A stretch of 58,659 nucleotides of DNA, counting the filler, from Dugesia japonica (Eukaryota), in NCBI GenBank assembly GCA_001938525.1. It is 5 parts of 5 records of this genome, joined end to end, with 100 filler letters (N's around TTAATTAATTAA, not from the genome) between each part and the next. Parts side by side here need not be neighbours in the genome. Positions count along the whole stretch, not along the records: positions 50,343 to 58,659 come from MQRL01626594.1; 4 more parts are not named here. The stretch is one strand, 5' to 3'. The notes under the pieces are model-generated. The model ran no database searches. It was given only the letters and a program-made list of their open reading frames with translations, and was not told where the DNA came from. Positions 50,593 through 58,659 of this stretch are shown one piece after another (positions within the stretch are counted from its first letter, which is position 1; each line of letters starts with the position of its first letter). A program made the position numbers and the translations under genes.

Positions 50593-51269
50593 AAATATTG
50601 TTTTAAATGGCGTGTTTCAGTATTTATAAATAATTTGCCATTATTTTTTTAAATATATATATTAACTTTTTAAATTATTAAATATATTATGTTGCGGTAT
50701 TTTATAATGCATATATATTATATTCCATTTCATTATTAATTTTCTTTGAATTAAATACTAAATTATGAATATTAAATTATCAAATTTCGACGGTATCAAT
50801 TGTTTAGAAATGAAAAACAGTATTCTGAAATTCACCCAACATTATTTGACGCCCAAACCGGAAGAATGAATATGCGAATAATTGAAGATGTTCCACTATA
50901 TGTTCCACTTTATGGTGAAGTGCCATATGTGTAAGAAGAACCAAATTTTAATTTTAGAAATGAATGATAAATTTATGAAAATAGGTTTGAATTTTTTAAT
51001 TTATAATTTATTTATAATTACCTTTTTAGAATTATGGAAAGATGTTCTCGTAAAAGAAGGACGGTTATATTAGGATAGGCAATCAATGTTGCCTTAATCT
51101 GTAATTGACAAATTCATGAAGACTGAGGTTTGCGAGCTTTATTGTTTGAGTCGTGCGAAATTCAATTTTTTTATCGATGGACAACAACATGATGAAATGC
51201 AAAAATATAACAGTTATTATTGTTTTCATTGATTATTTAAAATAAATGTATTATTTAATGTGGTTTTTT

Positions 51270-52000
51270 TAGAATTCATTAAAATAAGAGCTTCGATAAA
51301 AAATGTTTTTTCGATTTGTTATTGATAATAATTCTAATTTTCGACTTTGACTTTGTCAGGAATTGCCTTTTTTTATTCATTCAATATTTTACAATAGTCA
51401 TTTTCTTTGAATTAATTTATTTTTACTAAATTTTAATTTTTTTTAATTATTTAATTAATATAAATTACATTGATTTTAAGATTGTCTTTTTAAATTAGTA
51501 ATTCTTCATGTTTTTTTCTATAAAGTGTTTAAATGTAGCCTGTTTCTAGTGTTTTCCATGTTATGTGATGTTGTTCTGGCAACATTCTATGTTTATGTTG
51601 AAAGTGTTTGAATACTTCACTTTCTTTTTGTTTCAAATGTTCCTTAATTCTTGTTCGGATGGTTCTGCATGTTTCACCTATAAATGTTTCTTGACAAATG
51701 GTGCATGTTATTTTATAAGTGATATGTTTCTTATTGCATATATTTTTTACTATCACAAATGCATTTGGAACCACAAAAGTTTTGTCTTGGTTTCTGTAAT
51801 TGGATGCCCAAAGGTGCTTGCGTTTTGAAAATAATTCTTGGATTGTGTTTGAGTTTAGCATTTTTTAATATATTTTGTATGATTTGGCTACATTTCTCAT
51901 TAATTAAAGGTAATTTATTAACAGTGTTTGTTTATGGTTGGATTTTATTATGTTTTGTATTCAAAGATAAGTATTTTGATATAATTTATTTGGGTAGCCG
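51270..52000 (-). mobile_element. Penelope-like element 3' end: GIY-YIG endonuclease + pLTR with minimal hammerhead (51331-51363)
   Basis: HITYKITCTICQETFIGETCRTIRTRIKEH; downstream ATTC CTGACAA A GTC AAA GTC GAAA ATTA GAAT. Confidence 0.82.
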
Positions 52001-52069
52001 TTATTTAAGAATTTATTTTTATCCACTTGAGAAAAATCAATTTCATTTCTTTATTTGAAGATTGTCTTT

Positions 52070-53400
52070 CAGCTCGAATTTTTACACCTTTAATTATACT
52101 AATTTTCTGGCTGATACAGTCGGGAATCACTCTTTTTACAATGAATACAAAAAGGAATTAATATTTACAGATTATTCTAAAAGGATGACTCCTCTATTTG
52201 TTATTTGCTCTGATATTGAATAAGCTTTGAAAAAAGATTTTATTAATCATCTGAAACATTTATATATATCAGGAGGACTTTTTCTAGCAAATAATTTTAA
52301 TAAAAATTGCAAATACCCCCATTATTTCGGATCAGACTGTGTTTATGTTTACCTGTCAATTATAAAATAAATTAGTAAGAACATCGTGTACCCTTAATTT
52401 GAAGGAAATAGCAAAACGAAGATGAAAATAACATCAGAAAAAGAAATTGCATTCAAAGTAACAACTATTTGTTATTTATGCAAGAAAGATATAGTTTAAC
52501 CTGTTTGAGACCGTGATAATTTCATTGAAAGATACTTAGGTTCTGAATTCTCAAAATGTAATTTGAATAAAAAAATTCGATACAATTTATCTGTCATTTT
52601 TCATAATCTGAGAGGTTATTATTTACATCACATTTTGAAATGGGATCTCAATCAGTTTTCTCATGACAATATTTCTTGAATTCCAATAGCAAGCGAGAAA
52701 TTCTTTTGTTTGATAACACATATGGGGAAAATAACTATAAAGTTCATTGTTTATTTTTAATTCATCAACTTTTTGTTATAAGCTGTGGTGAAAACAATTA
52801 AAACAAAATCCTTAGCAACAAAAGTGTTTAAGGATAACTGAGTCAAAGGGAATTTCTTATATGAAGTCACAAAATATTTAAAAGTATTGAAACTAACAAT
52901 GCTACCAATATGGAAAGATAACCATAAAGAATCATATCAGAAAACATTAGAAATGTGGAAAATGACTGGATGTAAACATTTATTGCATAATATGCTGTTT
53001 TTTATTTAAAGTTGAACATTTTTTTGTTGGCGAATTTATTTCAGTAAGTTTGAGCTACAACCTTAGCCGACAACAATTTGGAATCACTTACATTCTTTGG
53101 AATACCAAGAATCAATAGAATTATTAGTAAACAACTATATATGTACTTTCTTTGATGGTAGAATCAGAAGAGTTATCACATCTGTCAATAAACACCACGT
53201 GGTTTCAGATGAAAACACTGATTTAGTATATTAATAATAATATATAGATATCAATAATTTATACGAATGGAAATTAAGCTAGAAGCTATCCTATAAGGAC
53301 CATGAATAGATTCATTCAGGTTTGAATAAAATATTAGAGTGAAGAATAATAAAGCTTGATTTTTTATCACATGTATACGTAATAGAAGTAGATATTAAAA
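52070..53400 (+). pseudogene. Polinton protein-primed DNA polymerase B (with EndoVII-like zinc motif), heavily decayed
   Basis: CYLCKK...RDRDNFIERYLGS..SKCNL...VIFHNLRGYYLH (consensus VRDHDH.TG.YRG.AH..CNL..FHNL.GYD), a KG.F.YE-like segment, RIRRVIT (GIRGG), and YIDINNLYEW (YLDANNLYGW). Confidence 0.8.
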
Positions 53401-54384
53401 TAAGTAGGTAGACTGTAGCTCACTGTATCACCCTCCCATGAAAGAGATTTCTTTCAAAAATGGTATAGTATTATACCAGTCAAAGTTCTTAACACACCAG
53501 TTAAAATAAGTCAAAAATAGTATATTAGTCTAAAGTGGTTGTCCACGAGTGAGCGACATCAAGCCATCTGACCTATTGCCGTATTGTCTACCTATTCATT
53601 TACAAATTTTCTTTCAAAAGAAAAAGTACTGTTTGAAAAAATATTTCTTCTTAAAACACTATTTTAATCCATATAATATTTGCATAATGACAATAAAAAT
53701 AATACTTAAACAAGAAATTGCATGTTATGATATGTTATGTTATCCTTCACAATCACAATTTTGGAAATGCCTCTAAATGTTTCATAGTTAAATCAAATTA
53801 TTTTACTAATATTTTCAAATTAATTGAAAATCCAAGTGAAGCCCAACCGTTTGAAAACTTGGTTTATACACAAATAAAAAGGTTATTTACCCTTTATATT
53901 ATACTTTTATATTATCCACTTTTATATTACACGGCTGTAAACTAACGGTAAATTTAACTGTTATTTATTTTTGTTTTTTGTTTTTATCTTGTTCTTTGAT
54001 TCTTTACAAGGTGAAAACAAAGATAATTTTTTAATAATCTTGAAAATTGCTAAATCATTCTGTTTGTGAGGTTTTTCGTATATACATCTATTAGAACTAA
54101 TAGGTAATATACAAACCTTTTGGTTTGAAAATTAGAATATTTGTGTCTGAACTAACTCTGAAAATTTTATGACCAGAAATTCAAGTTATTCTTTAAAAAA
54201 CATCATCACAAATATTTACCACAAATAATTACAATAAAAGATAATACTGATTGCAATAGCAATACAATAATAAAATATTAATTAATGAAAATTTATATTC
54301 AATAAAAAAATTTACACGAGGTATTTTGATCAACAGTAGGAATTTCCTAAAATAATATTAGAATAAATTTTTGACACAAATCAA

Positions 54385-57300
54385 AAATCATGATGAGAAA
54401 ATTGCGAACCAGAAAATTGAGCACAAAAATATTGCTCACATAGAAAATTGTGCACAATATGAATTTATTATGTGTTGGGTTTTTTAGGATTTTGGTGTTT
54501 TAAATTTTATCTTCAAATTCTCTGAAATCACTTTTAATAATGATTATCTTTATTGACATATCTAGGGCAACCTAAATACCGCAAGCGTTTGCGTCACTTC
54601 TGTGACGTACCCCTATCTTTCCACGGGTTCATCGCGACTTTGTGGTGTCGCATCCTTTTCTCTGAATACACAACAACAATCACCCTTACACGCTCAGTAA
54701 CAATAAATCTCAAATNGTAAAATACTACTCTCAAAGAAATAACACAATTGCATCTCAAAATAACTATGTGACAATAATAAGTTTATTTACATATACACTA
54801 TCCCATTTCCAGCAGTTATTCGGCATCTAGATCCACAGTTGGTTCCATTGCTTCTTTTGGCCCCTCTGACGACATGTAATTCAACCAGAATGTTCTTGAC
54901 GAAACAAACATTGAACTCTCTCGGTTTGCATAGGTTTTTATAATATCCGCCATTAGCCTGTTTGCGAGCTAAAGGGACAGCTCCTTTTCTTTTATCTGGT
55001 TGTACTATGCTGCGGATTTCATTACCTGTCTCTTCAGCCTCAAAATTTAATTTTTTAATTCCTTACGTTCTTCCTTCCATCTTTGCTGCGCGGCGGATGC
55101 ATCTCGTTTTAACAGCTTCTCATCATTGGATTTGTTCACTACAAAAAAATGATTTAGTAATAATTTAATTGTAATAGTTTTAGCTGAGATAAGTGATCAT
55201 GATCAATTAAACAATAATATTTGTAGGTTAAACTGTTTATTATTTGAATTATAATTAGAATTATTTGAAATACTAATGTAATAAACATTGGCTACGCGTT
55301 TACGCTTTTACATCGAACAATTCGTAACAACTACAAAAGAAAATTCGTTTAAACCTCATTAATATTAAATACAGAACAAATAAAAAACGAAATCCAGTCG
55401 CGCTCAATCATTTATTATTTATTTTCTGATAGCGATTCTATTTTGACGATAATGGGGTTCTGGTGGCTATCCGACCCTGAGACACCATCGGGTGCCAGCA
55501 ACAGGACCTGATCATCCAGTTGTCCCAGCAATGCCCCATTCTCCACTTGCTGTCTAATTAATTTGCCCACACTTTCTTTGATTGAGTGCATTCTTTGGCG
55601 GAGCCACTCGTTCTACTGTTGACATAATTGAAAAGAGACCTGCGTATCCATCAGCTTATGTCTCACGCTCCGGAATTTCAATACCAATTGCCCACCTTTA
55701 CCGAGCATCTCAGTTTTCTCCTTCTCATATTTTCCTCGTTGGTCGTTCAGCAACTCCGCGGTATTTATCCAGGGAACCCAGAACGTTCCCTAATCTCCAT
55801 CATTTGTGAGGACCAACGGGATGTGTGGCTGGTAATATTCGGTCATAATTCTAACAAATAAAATTTATCGTATATTAAATATAATCTCAAGCAACGAAAC
55901 AAAATAAAAAGAAAATTAATTAAAAGACGTTTCTTCGGCCTGCTGCCTAATATGTCTTGTTCCCCGGCTCCTGTAACGCTAACCAGAGAAGATTCCCACC
56001 AATAGCAAGCATTTTGTATCGTTCCCGCTAGTACAGAGCCTTAGCAAAAGTTTCCCTAACAACAATTCAGCATTTTAGTATTAATTAATCTAAAACATTT
56101 TCATGCAGGGTCAATACATTAATTCACTTTTATCCTTCAATTCCTATACGACTAGAAATTGTGGATTAGAATCTCTTCAGCAACATTTATTAAACAGTCA
56201 ATATATCACAGAATTTCTTAGTTGACTGTACTTATTTATTCAAAGTGTCGACGCGATTTTCGCCGAATGAAAATTTAATTCGGGATTAGAATCATTATTT
56301 GTTATTCTCTTCCGACTATACATAAAAGATAATAAATAAAATGTAAAAATCAAAATAAAACGAATCGAACTAATTGTTAGGGAAAAATTATTTATTAGTG
56401 GTATCGTATAAAATAAAAGGTATATAAATAAAATACCCGACAATAACAAAATTCAACAAAAATGATAAGGATAAACCGAGCTTTTNNNNNNNNNNNNNNN
56501 NNNNNNNNNNNNNNNNNNNNNNNNNNNNNNNNNNNNNNNNNNNNNNNNNNNNNNNNNNNNNNNNNNNNNNNNNNNNNNNNNNNNNNNNNNNNNNNNTCTG
56601 AACATAACTTTCTCTTGATTATGAATATTTTCTGAACATTTTCGTAGCACGATCATCCATGGAATCAGATCAGCAAAGAAAACACGATCTCGAAAGGACA
56701 ATCGGAATAAAATCAACACGATGTTATTTGAATAAATTAAAATTAACTTTATTTGTTTCTTTCTCCTGGTCCGTTGTAATAAATCTCTCTCGCAAATCGT
56801 AACTTTGACAAATTGTAAGAAATGATTTTTAAAGTTTCAGATAAAAATTGTTTTAAAAATTGTTCTCTTTTTTCTCGTCATCTGATTTTATTCCTCGTTA
56901 CAATTGAACAAACTTTGGCCCTCAATTAGCCTGCCAATGATATTAGGATTTTCTCTATACAGACTCTCCGATTGGTTTCTCCTGTTCCGTGTTCGGTGTG
57001 CTTCCCTCAGTGGTTTCCATGCAAAATCTTTGTCTGACTCCTGGTGAATAATCGTTGTTTATTTGGAACTGTTATCGTCAGATTCAGACAAGTCAAGATG
57101 ACTGGACCAAATTAATTAACTTTACAATAATATCAAACGCTAATTAGCGTTATTTATAATAAATAAAACGTGTCGCAGAGACCCATTTAACATATTATTA
57201 TACTATTGTATATTATTTAATTCGTCATTTACTTTTAGCTCATATTATTTCCATTCCTATGTGACGACATTTGGGTCTTCTACGCCCGATTTTCGCTATT

Positions 57301-57705
57301 TTCATAAATAATTTCATAATGATTATAATAACAATAATAATGATAATTCTTTACACGATAATCAATTTTCTGGTCCGGAACATCTACTTTGCTCACTGTT
57401 GTCCGTATTTTACTCTTTTATTTTCAACACTTTTTGATGCCTCCTTTTCTATTTTTTGATGTGTTCCAGCCAAACATATGATATACTTTATACCAATTGA
57501 TTTAATTCATTAAAAAATTTTTTTACCTTTATTTGTTCGTCTTTAAAATTCTTATGTAGCTATATGTATAGACAAAATTGAAATCTCGTAAAATTTTCGA
57601 TTTTAATTTTTTACCTAAATCGTAACAATTTATTTAAAAATTATTATGAGCAATTTTCCATGTGCGAAATATTCGTATTCGCAATTTTCATAGAAACATC
57701 AAAAA
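54385..57705. mobile_element. Element bounded by inverted arrays of GAAAATTG(C/T)(G/T)CAC-like repeats, enclosing a GC-richer ORF cassette
   Basis: 54395-54460 (GAAAATTGCGAAC..GAAAATTGAGCAC..) is mirrored by the reverse complement at 57645-57692. Confidence 0.45.
55430..55846 (-). pseudogene. Degenerate coiled-coil ORF, unknown
   Basis: MTEYYQPHIPLVLTNDGD*GTFWVPW...KYEKEKTEML...Q*NEWLRQRMHSIKESV; two TAG stops in an otherwise long frame. Confidence 0.35.
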
Positions 57706-58469
57706 TTACACATTTAATTAGCAATGATCTAAAAATTTAAACAAAATTATTTTTAATAACAAACCTCATTTTTTTTACACAAAAATAGAAATTTGAAAAC
57801 AATTTTCTTTGAATTTTTCCTTACATACGGTTTAGTATTTACAAGAGAGTTCTTTTTAACATCAACATTGGTTATTGTTATGAATTTAATATGAGGAATA
57901 AAATAACAGCTCACCAGAATTGTTGGGAAAACTAANCTTAGAACTTTTTGTAAATTCCTTATCGTTAGATCGTCTTTTAGTAAATTAGTTTCAATCTGAA
58001 TAAAGTAATATCAGTTAAGTATTAATAAATGATATAACTTAAAAATGCAAAGTTAATTTCTAAAAATAACTTCTCTACAATAAAAGTAATATGAAAATAA
58101 TTTTTATATCTTTTTCTTTCAGTTGATTTTCTATTGTTAATTAATGAGTAGTAAAACTAATTATTTTTTCTAAAATTCTTTTAGAATTGACTGGAAATAT
58201 TATTTCATAAATTATGACGTTTTTATTTTTCATTATTTTGTTAAAAGCTTAGTAAATGAGTCATTTAGAATTCGTAGAATTATTTTCCAATGCTTTCTTC
58301 AAAATTGATTTATTAATTGAAGCATAATGTCGAACAATATAAACGCAATATTATACATATTATTATCTCAATCTCAAATAATAAGTTCAATGCATAGTTA
58401 TTATCTAACAATTTGCATTATAGTATCACTTAACAAACTATATTAATTTTTTCAGCATTCTATTTACAG

Positions 58470-58534
58470 TAAACATATAATAATTATAATAATAATGATA
58501 GTGATGACGATAATACTTATAATAATTATAAATA

Positions 58535-58583
<49 letters not shown>
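58470..58583 (+). repeat. (AAT)n microsatellite
   Basis: Directly visible. Confidence 0.95.
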
Positions 58584-58630
58584 TCATGTAAAATAAAAGC
58601 TTCAGTCAAAATTTTTGTTTTTTGAGATAC

Positions 58631-58659
58631 ATTCTATATTTCGACTTTGTCTTCGTCAG
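58631..58659 (-). ncRNA. Minimal hammerhead ribozyme in Penelope pLTR (truncated by window edge)
   Basis: Minus strand CTGACGA A GAC-AAA-GTC GAAA TATA GAAT; the 51.3-kb copy supplies 5' ATTC pairing with GAAT (stem I). Confidence 0.65.

Overview
This is very AT-rich eukaryotic (invertebrate-type) genomic DNA from a draft assembly. A flatworm/planarian origin is plausible but is only an inference. Four 100-bp spacers (N...TTAATTAATTAA...N at ~13.0, 32.1, 40.8 and 50.3 kb) look like artificial contig joins, so the window is probably five independent contigs. Most of it is decayed mobile DNA. (i) 1-12.9 kb: two Polinton/Maverick (adintovirus-like) halves. The left has integrase, small core ORFs and a packaging ATPase; the right has minor capsid, a cupiennin/core-like ORF and major capsid. 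Their ~1.3-kb terminal inverted repeats face each other across an LTR retroelement that has an LTR, a PBS, a Ty3/gypsy-type gag with a CCHC knuckle, no recognisable pol, and a chuvirus-glycoprotein-like (class III fusion) env. (ii) Several Ty3/gypsy remnants, including a near-complete gag-pol at 34.3-38.3 kb. (iii) hAT, piggyBac and mariner elements and several MITEs. (iv) Penelope-like remnants with minimal hammerhead ribozyme motifs. (v) A Polinton pPolB pseudogene at 52-53 kb. Host coding sequence is limited to a CSRNP/AXUD1-family exon (49.5-50.1 kb, minus strand) and an unidentified Tyr/Asn-rich exon (23 kb, minus strand). All family assignments come from motifs recognised by eye; no database searches were run.
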